A DNA stretch of 64,000 nucleotides from Sumerlaeia bacterium (GTDB lineage: Bacteria; Sumerlaeota; Sumerlaeia; SLMS01; JAHLLQ01): the NCBI GenBank assembly GCA_040219255.1, contig JAVJSW010000059.1, forward strand, positions 1 to 64,000, given 5' to 3'. The notes beneath the pieces were generated by a model. The model searched no databases and had not been told where the DNA came from. It saw nothing but the letters and a program-made list of their open reading frames with translations. Below are positions 29,673 to 40,030 of the stretch, piece by piece. A program made the position numbers and the translations under genes. Within the stretch, counting starts at the first letter, position 1; each line of letters starts with the position of its first letter.

Positions 29673-31352
29673 ATGGTTCGCCAACGCCATCTGGCGGGCA
29701 CGTCCACGCCCTTGCGGATTGCCCCTTTCACACGCACAACCATCCCGACCCTGACTTTGATTGTCTCGACTTTGACAACGCTGGCCGGGGCGGAAATCAT
29801 CAAGCTCAACGATCCGGTCCCCCAGACCATGGATCGAGGCATTGTCTCGTATGTCGTCAGTCCCGACGATCAAACCGCCGTCTATGTGATGGGGGAATTC
29901 ATCAGCAACGACATCGCCCAGACGGAAGTCTATAGCGTCCCCACCGCGGGCGGCACCTCGCCGACGCTGCTCAGTTCGGCGCCCTCCGGCGATGCCATCG
30001 GGCCGCTCGTGCTCGGCTCGCTCTATCCCCGCGTGTCCCAGGACGGTCAGCGGGTCGTGTACCTCTCCGACGCGCCGCGCGGGATGGAACTCGAAACCCT
30101 GCTCTACAGCGTGCCCATCACCGGCGGTGCCGAGACCCCCTTGTCCGCCCAGTTGCCCGCCAACGAAAAAGCGGGAAGCTTCAAGCTCGTCCCCGGCAGC
30201 GACCTTGTCGTATACCTGGGCGGAGACGAATCCAGCCCATCCACCACCTTCGATCTCTATTCCGTTCCCGTCGATGGATCGACCTCGCCGGTCAACCTGA
30301 CATCCACAGTCGCCACCCAGCCCCTTTCGAACTTCGAAATCACTCCTGATGGCTCGCGGGTGGTCTTTATTGTCTCCGACGGCGGCCGGAATCTCTTTTC
30401 CGTGCCTGTCGGTGGCGGCACGGTCGAACAGCTCACCACAAGCAACGATCTGGAAAGCTATGTCCAACTGCCGAACAGCGACACCGCCATCTATCAAACC
30501 CGAAATGGTACCACCTACGAACTGTACACGGTCGCCCTCGATGGCTCCAGCGCCCCCGTGCGGATGCACCCCCCTCTGGGAACCGACACCTCCGCGTTCC
30601 GCCCCGCCGTCGTTTCCAGCGATGGCACCATGGCCGCACTCCTCGTCCTGAATTTCGGCTCCGGCGCCAGCCAGACCTACATCGCCCAAACGGACGGCAG
30701 TGGCTTCAACCTCGCCCATCCCGGCACTTACGAAGGCGGCCTTCCCTTCGCCTTCACCCAGAACGACACGCGGCTCCTCACCAATCTCGAAACCCCGGGC
30801 GGCAATCAGCGGCCCCACCTCGTCGATGTGGACGGCACCGATCCGGAACTCCTCAGTTCGCCCATCGGCGACAGCAACTCGATCGGATCCGCCGGTGTTT
30901 CTACTGGCAACACCGGCGACTACCTGTTCTTCCTGGCGGATGTGCAGGGCGGCTCGGAGCGCGAACTGATCCGCTACAATCCCGCCGACGGCACCTTCGT
31001 CACGCCGATCATGGAGAACATGACCTTCGACACCGACGACCCCGTCCCCACCTACGACTTCAGCGCCGACGACAACGTGATCGCGTTCGTCGGGCAGACA
31101 GACTCCGCGGGCCCGTCGAACCTCTACACCTATTCCTTCACGGAAGACCGCTTGACCCGCATCAACCGCGACTTCCCCACCAACGGAAACCTGAGCTACA
31201 GCGAAGCTCTCGGCTTCGAGTTCATCAACAGCGACTCCGCCGTCATCTACGCCGCCGAGCAAGACGTCGATTTCGTGGCTGAACTCTACGTCAACACGCA
31301 GTCCGTCGCCCCGCCCGCGACCGCCCAAGAAATCTGGCAGCTCTATCCCTAA
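29673..31352 (+). CDS. secreted TolB/PD40-like beta-propeller protein
   Basis: repeated 'SPDDQTAVY', 'ITPDGSRVVF', 'LYSVP..GG' blades; hydrophobic leader; ends 'EIWQLYP'. Confidence 0.8.
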   Translation: MVRQRHLAGTSTPLRIAPFTRTTIPTLTLIVSTLTTLAGAEIIKLNDPVPQTMDRGIVSYVVSPDDQTAVYVMGEFISNDIAQTEVYSVPTAGGTSPTLLSSAPSGDAIGPLVLGSLYPRVSQDGQRVVYLSDAPRGMELETLLYSVPITGGAETPLSAQLPANEKAGSFKLVPGSDLVVYLGGDESSPSTTFDLYSVPVDGSTSPVNLTSTVATQPLSNFEITPDGSRVVFIVSDGGRNLFSVPVGGGTVEQLTTSNDLESYVQLPNSDTAIYQTRNGTTYELYTVALDGSSAPVRMHPPLGTDTSAFRPAVVSSDGTMAALLVLNFGSGASQTYIAQTDGSGFNLAHPGTYEGGLPFAFTQNDTRLLTNLETPGGNQRPHLVDVDGTDPELLSSPIGDSNSIGSAGVSTGNTGDYLFFLADVQGGSERELIRYNPADGTFVTPIMENMTFDTDDPVPTYDFSADDNVIAFVGQTDSAGPSNLYTYSFTEDRLTRINRDFPTNGNLSYSEALGFEFINSDSAVIYAAEQDVDFVAELYVNTQSVAPPATAQEIWQLYP

Positions 31353-31373
31353 CCGACGGGAATCGCCCCTCCC

Positions 31374-33683
31374 TCACTCCACCTTCGTCAAGGGCGCGAA
31401 CTTGACCATCAGGTCCAGGTTGTAGCCCTCGTCGAACTGCACCTTCACCCGTTCGGCGCCGAAGCCGCCTTTCACCTCCAGCACCGTGCCCTGGCCGAAC
31501 TTCTTGTGTTCGACACGGTCGCCGGGTGAGTAGGGGGTTTTGTCGGCGGGTTTGAAGGTGCTTTTCGGCCGGCGCTGGCTGGCCATGGCCTGATTGGCGG
31601 CGTCGCTGCCGAGGCGGGCGCCGAAGAGCCGGTTCTCGTAGCTGCGGCCCGCCGGCGCCGCCTGGCCCGTGGCGGTGCCCCGTCCGTAGCCCTTCATACC
31701 CCGCAGGCCCAGCTTTTCGCGGTCGCGGTCGCTGAGCAGTTCGTCGGGAATTTCCCGCAGGAACACCGACGGCTCGGTGTAATCGTAGGCTCCGTACATC
31801 AGGCGCCGGCTCGCCCGCGAAAGGTAGAGCTTCTGGCGCGCCCGCGTCAGCGCCACATAGAACAGCCGCCGTTCCTCCTCGAACTGCGCCGGGTTGTCCA
31901 TCGTGCGGCTGTTGGGGAAAAGCCCTTGGTCGAGGCCCACGACGAAGACGTAGTCGAATTCCAGCCCCTTGGCGTTGTGCACCGTCATCAGGCTCACCTT
32001 CGGTTTGCCGTCGTCCTCGTCGCGTTGGCCGTCCAGGCTCATGGCCTCCAGGAAATCGGTCACCGTGTGTTCGCCCTGCACTTCTTGCTCGAACTGCACG
32101 ACGACGTTTTCCAGCTCCTCGACGTTTTCGATTTTCACCCGCGCGTCCAGGTTGTCCGGGTCACCGAAGTTCGTTTCCTTGTACTCGGTGTCCTTCAGGA
32201 TTTGCGTCAGCACCTCGCGAACGGTGCTTGTCTTCGCCATCGTGAACCACTTTGTCACCATGGCGATAAACGATTCCAAGCCCTTCTTGGCTTTGCCTTT
32301 GATCTCGCCCTCGTCCAGGAGCTGTTGCGTCGCGGTGAACTGGCTGACGCCCCGGAAGGCCGCCCGGCGGATGATGTCGCCGTGGGTTTTCTTGCCCACG
32401 CCCCGGGTGGGGACGTTGACGACGCGCTCGAACGCGAGGTCGTTGTGCGGAATCACGGCGAGGCGCAGGAAGCTCAGCACGTCCTTGATTTCCGCCCGGT
32501 CATAGAAGCGCACCGAACCAACCAGGCGATAGGGCAGGCGATACTTGCGCAGGCCATCTTCGAAGGCGCGGCTGAGGCGATGGCTGCGATAAAAAATCGC
32601 GATTTCCTCGGGCGGAATGCCATCGTTCTCGATCAGGCCCGCGATGGTTCCCGCCACCTGCTCGGCCTCGTCCGTGTCGTCCACGCCGCCGATGCCGCGC
32701 AGCACTTCGCCGTCTTCCTTCTCGGTCCAGAGGCTCTTGCCGATGCGCATCGTGTTGTTCTTGATGACGGTTTCGGCGGCCTTGAGCACGTTGCCGACGG
32801 AGCGATAATTCTGCTCGAGCCGCACCAACTTGGCGTCGGGATACGTCTTGTTGAAATCCAGCAGGTTCGTGACCTCCGCCCCGCGCCAGGAATAGATCGA
32901 CTGGTCTTCGTCGCCGACGACGCAGATGTGGCGGTCTTCGCCGACGAGGAGCTTCACCAGTTCGAACTGCGAGTGGTTCGTGTCCTGGAACTCATCGACC
33001 AGCACATAGCGGTACTTTTCGTTCCAGCGCCGCCGGACGTCCTCGTGATCGCGCAGGAGCAGGACGGTCTTGAAAATCAGGTCCTCGAAATCCAGCGAGT
33101 TGTTCTTGTGCAGCAGCTTTTCGTACTCCGCATAGACATCGGCGTAGGGCAGTTCGTCGTGGTCGAAGGCCTCCTTGCACTCGGCGGGGGTCAGGAGGCG
33201 CATCTTCGCCATGTTGATAAAGTGCTGGCACTGGGCCGGTTTCGCGCGCTTCTCGCTCAGGTTGGCGGCTTCCATGGCCTTCTTCACGGCGGTCACTTGA
33301 TCGCGGTCGTCGATGATGGCAAAGGACCGGTCGATCCCGGCGGCGTCGGCTTCCCGGCGCAGGATCAGCGCGCAACGGCTGTGGAAGGTCCCAATGGGTA
33401 GCGTGTGGGTTTGTTCGTGGCCGAGGAGCCGGCCGATGCGCTCGCGCATTTCGCGGGCGGCCTTGTTTGTGAAGGTCACCGCCAGAATCTGCCACAGCGG
33501 AATGCCGATCACGTGCGACAGGTACGCGATGCGGTGGGTGATGACGCGGGTTTTGCCGCTGCCCGCGCCCGCGATGATGAGCAGCGGCGACCCGATGTGC
33601 TCGACGGCTTCTCGTTGCTGCGGGTTCAGGCCCGAGAGGATTTGGCTTTCCAGGTCGTTGCTGGCGAAATCGGCGGCGGTCAT
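31374..33683 (-). CDS. uvrD: ATP-dependent DNA helicase UvrD/PcrA
   Basis: 'AGAGSGKT'; 'TFTNKAAREM'; 'VDEFQDTN'; 'HNAKGLEF'; 'EERRLFYVALTRA'; C-terminal Tudor-like domain. Confidence 0.97.
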   Translation of the reverse strand: MTAADFASNDLESQILSGLNPQQREAVEHIGSPLLIIAGAGSGKTRVITHRIAYLSHVIGIPLWQILAVTFTNKAAREMRERIGRLLGHEQTHTLPIGTFHSRCALILRREADAAGIDRSFAIIDDRDQVTAVKKAMEAANLSEKRAKPAQCQHFINMAKMRLLTPAECKEAFDHDELPYADVYAEYEKLLHKNNSLDFEDLIFKTVLLLRDHEDVRRRWNEKYRYVLVDEFQDTNHSQFELVKLLVGEDRHICVVGDEDQSIYSWRGAEVTNLLDFNKTYPDAKLVRLEQNYRSVGNVLKAAETVIKNNTMRIGKSLWTEKEDGEVLRGIGGVDDTDEAEQVAGTIAGLIENDGIPPEEIAIFYRSHRLSRAFEDGLRKYRLPYRLVGSVRFYDRAEIKDVLSFLRLAVIPHNDLAFERVVNVPTRGVGKKTHGDIIRRAAFRGVSQFTATQQLLDEGEIKGKAKKGLESFIAMVTKWFTMAKTSTVREVLTQILKDTEYKETNFGDPDNLDARVKIENVEELENVVVQFEQEVQGEHTVTDFLEAMSLDGQRDEDDGKPKVSLMTVHNAKGLEFDYVFVVGLDQGLFPNSRTMDNPAQFEEERRLFYVALTRARQKLYLSRASRRLMYGAYDYTEPSVFLREIPDELLSDRDREKLGLRGMKGYGRGTATGQAAPAGRSYENRLFGARLGSDAANQAMASQRRPKSTFKPADKTPYSPGDRVEHKKFGQGTVLEVKGGFGAERVKVQFDEGYNLDLMVKFAPLTKVE

Positions 33684-33787
33684 GGGAACGGGCGGGAACT
33701 CCGGGAGCGGAAAAATCGCGAGTCCGGCGACTCGGCCCGCGAGGGTGCCACGCCCCCCCGCCGCCGTTCAAGGGAGGTTGTGCGGCT

Positions 33788-34573
33788 TTATCCCGCCGCG
33801 GGCTCCACCAGGCCGTGGCGCTCGGCGGCTTCCGCCATCCGTTCTTCGGCCTCATCGGAACGCAGGGCCTCGCGGACTTCCGCCAGGCGATGGTCGCGGT
33901 GCTGATAGAAATCCTCGGCCACCTTGGCGAAACCCTCCATCGTCCGCAGGTTCAGCCCGGCCCCCAGCGCCATGCCGACACCAAAGGGCACCATCCGCCC
34001 CGCCGTCTTACCGACGCGCTTGCCGGCGTAGGATGCCATCAGCTTCGTCGCGATCTTGCGGTTCACGCGCTGCACCACGGTTTTCGGCGCCGCGCGAAGC
34101 TGCTTGGCCACCGTTCGCGTCGCGGTGCGGGCTAGACTGGTTTGGCCCGTGTGTTTCAGCGCCCCCGTCCACAGAGCGATAGATGACATCGTGTCCTCAA
34201 GCCGCGCCTCGCGGTCCTTGACATCCAGCCCCCAGACGTGGGCCATGGCGAAACACAGCAGTGCCTGGTGCCTCAGCATCATCTGCAAATCCACGCCAAT
34301 GGTGGCGACTTCGACACCGATCTGCATCAGCGTCCCGATGCCTGGAATGGAACCGGGCAGGGCCATCATGGCGCCCTGCTTGGCGTACTTGCGGGAAAGT
34401 GCCCGGGCCATGGCCTGGGCCAACTGATCGCGGCTCGCGTCGGCGGGCACGTCCTCGCGCACCTTGCGCAGGAATGCCAGGACGTCGCTCTCCGATGGCG
34501 CCGCCTTGCGCAGGCGCGGCATCAGCCAGTTTCGGCTCAGCAGAAATCCCGTGGTGTTGGACGTGTTGGGCAT
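33788..34573 (-). CDS. EcsC-like protein
   Basis: 'LPGSIPGIGT'; 'GRMVPFGVGMALGAGLN'. Confidence 0.65.
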   Translation of the reverse strand: MPNTSNTTGFLLSRNWLMPRLRKAAPSESDVLAFLRKVREDVPADASRDQLAQAMARALSRKYAKQGAMMALPGSIPGIGTLMQIGVEVATIGVDLQMMLRHQALLCFAMAHVWGLDVKDREARLEDTMSSIALWTGALKHTGQTSLARTATRTVAKQLRAAPKTVVQRVNRKIATKLMASYAGKRVGKTAGRMVPFGVGMALGAGLNLRTMEGFAKVAEDFYQHRDHRLAEVREALRSDEAEERMAEAAERHGLVEPAAG

Positions 34574-34660
34574 AGCGAACAAGGCTCCTTCGGGGCATCG
34601 CGCCGGGGGCGCTGCCATGTCTCTACGCAAGAGCCCGGCCCATATTCACCGCGACGGCGC

Positions 34661-35365
34661 TTACTCCGCGAAGAGCCTCGCCGGGCGGGCGAAGGTGCTG
34701 CTCTTCGCGGTGCCGTCGGTACCTTCCGCGGCGAAGGCACCAACGGTGGCATTCTGGGACTTGAGAAGGCGCGCGGTGGCTTTCAGCGATTCGTAGCTCA
34801 CGGTCGAACTGTCACCGATCACCGGAGCACTGGCGCCAAAGGCTTTGCGCGCCGCGGTGGCGAGTTTCTCGACATCCAGGCCGTTCGTCAGCGTGCGATT
34901 CGCGTGGCCGTTGCGGGCGATCAGTTGGCCCGACTTAGGATCGCGAACGAGACGGTAGGCGCCCTGATCCAGACCCACCGGGGCTCGGAACGGCGAGCCA
35001 TCGGCGGCGTTGTAGAGGAACACGGCGATGTCCTGGCCCGGGTGGAACTCCGGCATGCTGGGCAGGCGTAGATCCTCGGCGAGGCGAACTTGCCGCCAAG
35101 TCACCGTGGTGGCGCTATCGTCGAGGCCGAAAATCGGATCGGTCACGGCCACGGTGATTTCCTCGGCCCAGCGCCCATGGGCTTGCACCACCTCGACCGA
35201 GGCAACGGTGCCGGCGAAGGCCTGGCCGGTGTTCTGCACCGTTTCCACGATGTTCATGGGCTTGACCGTGGTGGCGGGGGCGATCCCTGCGGGAACCATC
35301 AAGGCGGCGGCCATCGCGGCCAGTATCGTCACGCGCCGCAATGGCGCCGGAATGCTCGATCGCAT
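34661..35365 (-). CDS. secreted hypothetical protein, partner of the upstream protease
   Basis: signal peptide ending APA; 'MPEFHPGQDIAVFL...PVGLDQGAYR'; 4 bp after the protease stop. Confidence 0.75.
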   Translation of the reverse strand: MRSSIPAPLRRVTILAAMAAALMVPAGIAPATTVKPMNIVETVQNTGQAFAGTVASVEVVQAHGRWAEEITVAVTDPIFGLDDSATTVTWRQVRLAEDLRLPSMPEFHPGQDIAVFLYNAADGSPFRAPVGLDQGAYRLVRDPKSGQLIARNGHANRTLTNGLDVEKLATAARKAFGASAPVIGDSSTVSYESLKATARLLKSQNATVGAFAAEGTDGTAKSSTFARPARLFAE

Positions 35366-35369
35366 CGTC

Positions 35370-37646
35370 TTATTCTCCCAAAACCTGCCAGAAGCTGACG
35401 CGGCTGACCGCGTTGATCAGGGTGGTTTCCGTCGAGGTGTCGTTGGAGGCCACATTGTCGGTGACATCGCCCGAGACGGTGGCCTCGTTCGACACCGTGA
35501 TGGTCGTGGTCGTGGCCGGGGCTTCGACCGTCAGTTCCAGCGTCACCGTCGTCGATGCGCTCAGCGTTCCGATGTCCCAAAAGTCGAGCGTATCGTCGTA
35601 GATGCCTTGCGACGGCGAAGTGGCGACCGACACATAGCTCACTTCCGAGGGCACGAGGCCGCTGACGGAAACGAGTGGTGCATCGTTCGATCCATCGTTG
35701 AAGACCGTGTAAAGGTAGTTGAATTTCATGCCCGCGGCCACCGGGTCGCTACTATCGGCGACGATGATCCCCAGGTCCGTTTCCGGGGCGCCGGTTTGCA
35801 GCGAAGCGCTCATCCGCCCGCCGTAGGAACCACCCGCCGTGGAGTTCACCACCTGGATCATGACAGGATTGGTGAAGCCGCCGGGGGCCGAGGTTCCGAC
35901 CTCGATTTCCGTGGGGCTGATAAACGTCAGGCCCGTGCTGGTGATCGCGGGGTCGGAGAAAGTCACGACCGGTCCGCCGCCCGCCGCGGAGAAGTTCCGC
36001 CCGCTGATCGTCAGCGTTCCCGGCACGGTGCCGCTGACGCCCGCGATGGCCAGCGCCGCGTTGTCGGAAACCGCTGAGTCGATGCGCAGCGTATAGGTCC
36101 CCGGCGATTGCGCCTCCTTCACCGTGATGCCGATGAAGATGTCGCTGCCGTTGTAAATGTCCGACGAGAGGTACTCGTCAAGAACCTCGGCCGTGTTGCT
36201 CGTGGTGGCGAAAGAGGAATCGGTGAAGGTCAGGTCCGAGCGGCCGATGACGATGTCCTGGTCGTTGGAGGGGGTGAACGTGAAGCGCTGCACTTCGATG
36301 CCCGCGGGCACCGCGATACGCAGCCAGTCCTCGATGTCGTCACCGCTAATGTTCAGGTCGCCTGTTTCCGCCGGATCGATGGTGCCGCTGACGATCAGAG
36401 GCACGCCGGGTGTCGGCGTGATAGGCGTGGCGGTGGCCTGGGTGGCGCCGTTGTCCACTTCCGCCACCACCTCCGGCGACGGCAGAGGGTTCAGCCGCAA
36501 GTCCACGCCGCTCAGCGTTGTGCCACTGGTCGAGGGCGAGAAGAAGGTCGTGCTGATGCGCACGTCATCGCTGTCGCTCTCGAAGGCGGCGTCGTTGATG
36601 AACTCCGGCGGAGACACGGCCAGCAATTCCACCGGCGGGTCCTCGCCGCCGACGCTGGTGAAGGCGAAGATCGACTGCGGGATTTGCTCGAAATCCAGGA
36701 CGTAGGGCTCGTTGAGGGGAAGCGAGGGAATCAGGTAGGTGCCAGTCAAGCGGCTGGCGCCGCGGCTCAGATAGCCGGACACGCAGGAGATCGCCTGACG
36801 CGGGTCGCTCAGCGGGCGCGCCACCACGTTGACGCCGTCCTGCAAAGCGCCCGCCGCGTTGCGCGTCGTCCCCCGGATCGAGGTAAGATTGGCGGCCGCC
36901 TCGGGCGTTGGGTAGAGGAACGTGATCCAGGCGATGTCGTCCGCTTCTTGACTCGCGATGTCGTCGTGCTTGAACGGATACATCGTGGGATAGCCGGTGA
37001 AATCCAGATTGTTGACGTAGGAATCGTTGAACTGGGAGTGATCGAGACTGAGCAGATGGCCGATTTCGTGGGCGATCACGCCCTCATACTCGGAGAAGGA
37101 GAACTCGGGATTGGACGAGGTGTTCACGCCATCGATGAAGCGGCCATTCATAACGGCTTGGGCGTCCGTGATGGTCAGACCGGAAGCCGCCATGGGGCCG
37201 GCGAAGCCGAGGATATCGTTCTCCGCTCCAGCCCCGAAGACGGCCGAAGTCAGGCTGCCATCCGAATCGTAAATCACGGCGACGAGACCGTCGGAATTGA
37301 CCCCGTACTGAGGAGCGTTCGTGCTCAGCGGCGCGGGACCTTCGTTATCCACGGGCAATTCCGCTCCGAAAACGAAATCCACCGCACTCGTGGCGATCAC
37401 GCGACTCGACCAACTCGTCAGCGCCTGCGACGTCAGAGCGTCGGCTTCCGCGTTGCTCAGCATTCCCAACGTTCCCTGATCGGGATTGATGGTCACGGGA
37501 GCTGCCGTGCTCCAGGCGCGCGGATTGCCGCCGCCGGAAATCCACAGCGGCCCCCCGGCAAAAGCCGGGACGCAAGCGAGGGCGGCAAACCAGACTCCGA
37601 GCCGCGACAATTCGCGGACGAAGAGGAGGCATTTACGGGTTTTCAT
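35370..37646 (-). CDS. secreted metzincin (matrixin-like) metalloprotease with DUF11-like domain
   Basis: signal peptide; 'HEIGHLLSLDH' zinc motif; Met-turn 'PTMYP'; 'DPVAAG...Y.YTV.N.G...A'; ends 'SFWQVLGE'. Confidence 0.85.
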   Translation of the reverse strand: MKTRKCLLFVRELSRLGVWFAALACVPAFAGGPLWISGGGNPRAWSTAAPVTINPDQGTLGMLSNAEADALTSQALTSWSSRVIATSAVDFVFGAELPVDNEGPAPLSTNAPQYGVNSDGLVAVIYDSDGSLTSAVFGAGAENDILGFAGPMAASGLTITDAQAVMNGRFIDGVNTSSNPEFSFSEYEGVIAHEIGHLLSLDHSQFNDSYVNNLDFTGYPTMYPFKHDDIASQEADDIAWITFLYPTPEAAANLTSIRGTTRNAAGALQDGVNVVARPLSDPRQAISCVSGYLSRGASRLTGTYLIPSLPLNEPYVLDFEQIPQSIFAFTSVGGEDPPVELLAVSPPEFINDAAFESDSDDVRISTTFFSPSTSGTTLSGVDLRLNPLPSPEVVAEVDNGATQATATPITPTPGVPLIVSGTIDPAETGDLNISGDDIEDWLRIAVPAGIEVQRFTFTPSNDQDIVIGRSDLTFTDSSFATTSNTAEVLDEYLSSDIYNGSDIFIGITVKEAQSPGTYTLRIDSAVSDNAALAIAGVSGTVPGTLTISGRNFSAAGGGPVVTFSDPAITSTGLTFISPTEIEVGTSAPGGFTNPVMIQVVNSTAGGSYGGRMSASLQTGAPETDLGIIVADSSDPVAAGMKFNYLYTVFNDGSNDAPLVSVSGLVPSEVSYVSVATSPSQGIYDDTLDFWDIGTLSASTTVTLELTVEAPATTTTITVSNEATVSGDVTDNVASNDTSTETTLINAVSRVSFWQVLGE

Positions 37647-37924
37647 CGTGATGGAAACCTGGGAAAATGAAAGAGTCGAGCGCCCGGGAGCGCATCGCAT
37701 GGCAACGGTAGAGACTCCGGGCCGTTTGTCAATCCCATCCCCCGGCTATGTCCCCATTCCCAATGAATCGCATGATTAGTAAATCACGATGGCGCTGGGC
37801 TCCGATCCGATTTCGCCGATTTTCCGGAATAGCCGAAATTCAGACCCGTACAATCGGGGGGCACGAATCGGGCTAATGCAACCACCCGAGGAGCCCCGCA
37901 CCTCTCTGTTCGGGGGATCGAACG

Positions 37925-38302
37925 ATGCCGTTTAGTGTGATGACAGCTTTGGTTTTTGGAGTGGCCTTTGGCTTGGTCTTCGTGGCCGAGTACTTGCCGC
38001 GCGAATCCTGCGCCGCCGCCCTGAGCGCCAAGTCCGCCGGATACCGCGCCTGGAAAAGCTCACCCGCCCCCATCCGCAAGACCATTTCGTTCGTCCTGGG
38101 GTTCAGCACCATTCTGGTGGGGCTCGTGATGCTTGTCACGCCCGGCCCGGCGGTGGTGGTCGTTCCGCTCGGACTGGCGATTCTGGCGGCGGAGTTCCTC
38201 TGGGCGAAAAGGCTTCTGATCTGGCTGAAAACCAAGGGCCTGTCGTTTTTCCGCAAGGACCCCAACACGACTGAACCGTCGCCGAAAGAGGGCGCCACCT
38301 AG
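37925..38302 (+). CDS. PGPGW-domain membrane protein
   Basis: 'LVTPGPAVVVVPLGLAILAAEFLWA'. Confidence 0.75.
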   Translation: MPFSVMTALVFGVAFGLVFVAEYLPRESCAAALSAKSAGYRAWKSSPAPIRKTISFVLGFSTILVGLVMLVTPGPAVVVVPLGLAILAAEFLWAKRLLIWLKTKGLSFFRKDPNTTEPSPKEGAT

Positions 38303-39900
38303 CCCGCCGCGCCCGAAGCCTTTCCGGGCGCTTCTCTTTGGGCGGTGGCCTCCGGGCGGCGGTAGCGCCGTTCGCCCCCGACCCAGGTTTCCCGCACCAC
38401 GACCTCGTGCAGGCGCTCGGCGCCGACCTCAAAAGGGTCGCCATCCAGGATCACGAAATCGGCCCACTTGCCGGGCTCCAACGTCCCGCGGTTCGCCTCG
38501 TCGCCGCTCGCCTCCGCCCCGCCGAGGGTGTATCCGCGGAGCGCCTCCTCCAGCGTCAGCGCCTGCTCCGGCGCCAGGGTCTCGCCGCCGCCCGCCGCGC
38601 GGCGCGTCACCGCCGCCTGCATCGACAGGATCGGGTTGTCGTCGCGCACCACGGGGGCGTCGCTGCTAAGCGCCACCGTGATCCCCGCGTCTACCATGGC
38701 CCGCAGCGGATAGGCGCGGCCGAGCCAGCCGTCCGGCAGGTAGCGCCGGAAATTGCCCGCCAGCTCGCGCAGGAACGTCGGCTGGGACACCGCCATAGCG
38801 CCCAGCGCGGCGGCGCGGTGCAGGTGATCGGCGTTGGGCAGGCCAAAGTGCTCGATGCGGTGGCGCGGGCCGGAGCCGAGGCGCTCGTAGAGAGCAAGGA
38901 CCTGTTCGATGGCGCGGTCGCCGATGGCGTGGATTCCGATGCGAAGGCCGTGCTCGTGGGCGGGCCGGGCCAAGGCGAACAGCTCGTCGTCCTCAAAACG
39001 CAAAATCCCCCGCGTCGGCGCGTGGCGATAATCCACGGAAAGGGCCGCCGTGGCGCCACTCAGACCGCCGTCGGCAAAGAACTTGACTCCGGCGATGCGC
39101 AGGAAATCACTCCCGTACTCCTCCGGCAGCGGGAACGTTTCCGTGCCTCCATCGGGGCGGCGGATGGCGAGCAAGTTGTGGCGATTGAGCAGTTCGCCCC
39201 GCGCGTCCAAGGCGCGATAGGCCGCCATCAGGGCGGGCGTCACGGCGGGATCCGTGGCGCTGGTGATGCCGACGGAAAGCTGATGCTCCTGGCCAGCGCG
39301 GATCATGGCTTCCAGGTCAGCCTGGGTGGGCGGGGGCATGACGCGCTGCACGAGGCCCAAGGCCGTTTCGTGCAGCAAGCCGTTCGGTTCGCCGGAGGCG
39401 TCCTTCTCGATGTGCCCGCCGGGCGGAGCCACGGTGTCGCGGGTGATTCCGGCCAACTCCAGCGCCCGCGAATTCGCCACCGCGATGTGCGCGCAGGTGC
39501 GGATCGAAAAGACCGGCCGGTCCGGCAACACCCGGTCCAGGTCCGCGCGCGTCGGCATCCGGCCTTCGGCCAGCGTGGCTTCGTTCCAGCCGCGCGATTG
39601 CACCCAGGCCCCAGGGGCGAGACCCGTGGCGAATTCCGCGAGGCGGTCGGACATGTTCCCCAAAGAGGCGCAGCCCCTCAGGTCGATCATCGTTGTGCGC
39701 AGATGCCCAACCTTCCATGTGTGCACGTGAGCATCATTGAACCCCGGCAAAATCGTCCGGCCGCCGCAGTCGACCTCCTCCGCGCCGGGAGGCAACGCGA
39801 CGCGGCAGTGATCCACGCTGCCAATGACGGCGATGCGGCCGCCGCGGATGGCGAGGGCGGTGGCGGGTGTGGGGAGCTGGGCGTTGTGGAATAACTTCAT
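38299..39900 (-). CDS. amidohydrolase 3 (YtcJ/NfdA-like)
   Basis: 'PGFNDAHVH'; 'KFFADG'; 'HAIGDRA'; 'HRIEH'; 'SSDAP'; 'GKWADFVIL'. Confidence 0.92.
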   Translation of the reverse strand: MKLFHNAQLPTPATALAIRGGRIAVIGSVDHCRVALPPGAEEVDCGGRTILPGFNDAHVHTWKVGHLRTTMIDLRGCASLGNMSDRLAEFATGLAPGAWVQSRGWNEATLAEGRMPTRADLDRVLPDRPVFSIRTCAHIAVANSRALELAGITRDTVAPPGGHIEKDASGEPNGLLHETALGLVQRVMPPPTQADLEAMIRAGQEHQLSVGITSATDPAVTPALMAAYRALDARGELLNRHNLLAIRRPDGGTETFPLPEEYGSDFLRIAGVKFFADGGLSGATAALSVDYRHAPTRGILRFEDDELFALARPAHEHGLRIGIHAIGDRAIEQVLALYERLGSGPRHRIEHFGLPNADHLHRAAALGAMAVSQPTFLRELAGNFRRYLPDGWLGRAYPLRAMVDAGITVALSSDAPVVRDDNPILSMQAAVTRRAAGGGETLAPEQALTLEEALRGYTLGGAEASGDEANRGTLEPGKWADFVILDGDPFEVGAERLHEVVVRETWVGGERRYRRPEATAQREAPGKASGAAG

Positions 39901-39905
39901 TTTAA

Positions 39906-40021
39906 CCGCAGATAAATAGGATAAATAAGATGACGTTCAATCCACGGGATTGGCGAGAGCCAGTGATTTCTTAGGAAGCGTCGCAAAGCAGAAACATCCT
40001 GTTCATCCTATTCATCGGCGG
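39906..40021. repeat. gene-less inverted-repeat hairpin element (GxxExxY-element type)
   Basis: arms 39906-39932 ccgcagataaataggataaataagatg and 39995-40021 catcctgttcatcctattcatcggcgg; 22/27 complementary. Confidence 0.85.
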
Positions 40022-40030
40022 CCAATTCCT

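Noticed and set aside
37700-37920. Possible REP-like element in the protease/PGPGW divergent gap
   Set aside because: Only short imperfect palindromes, with no second copy in the window.
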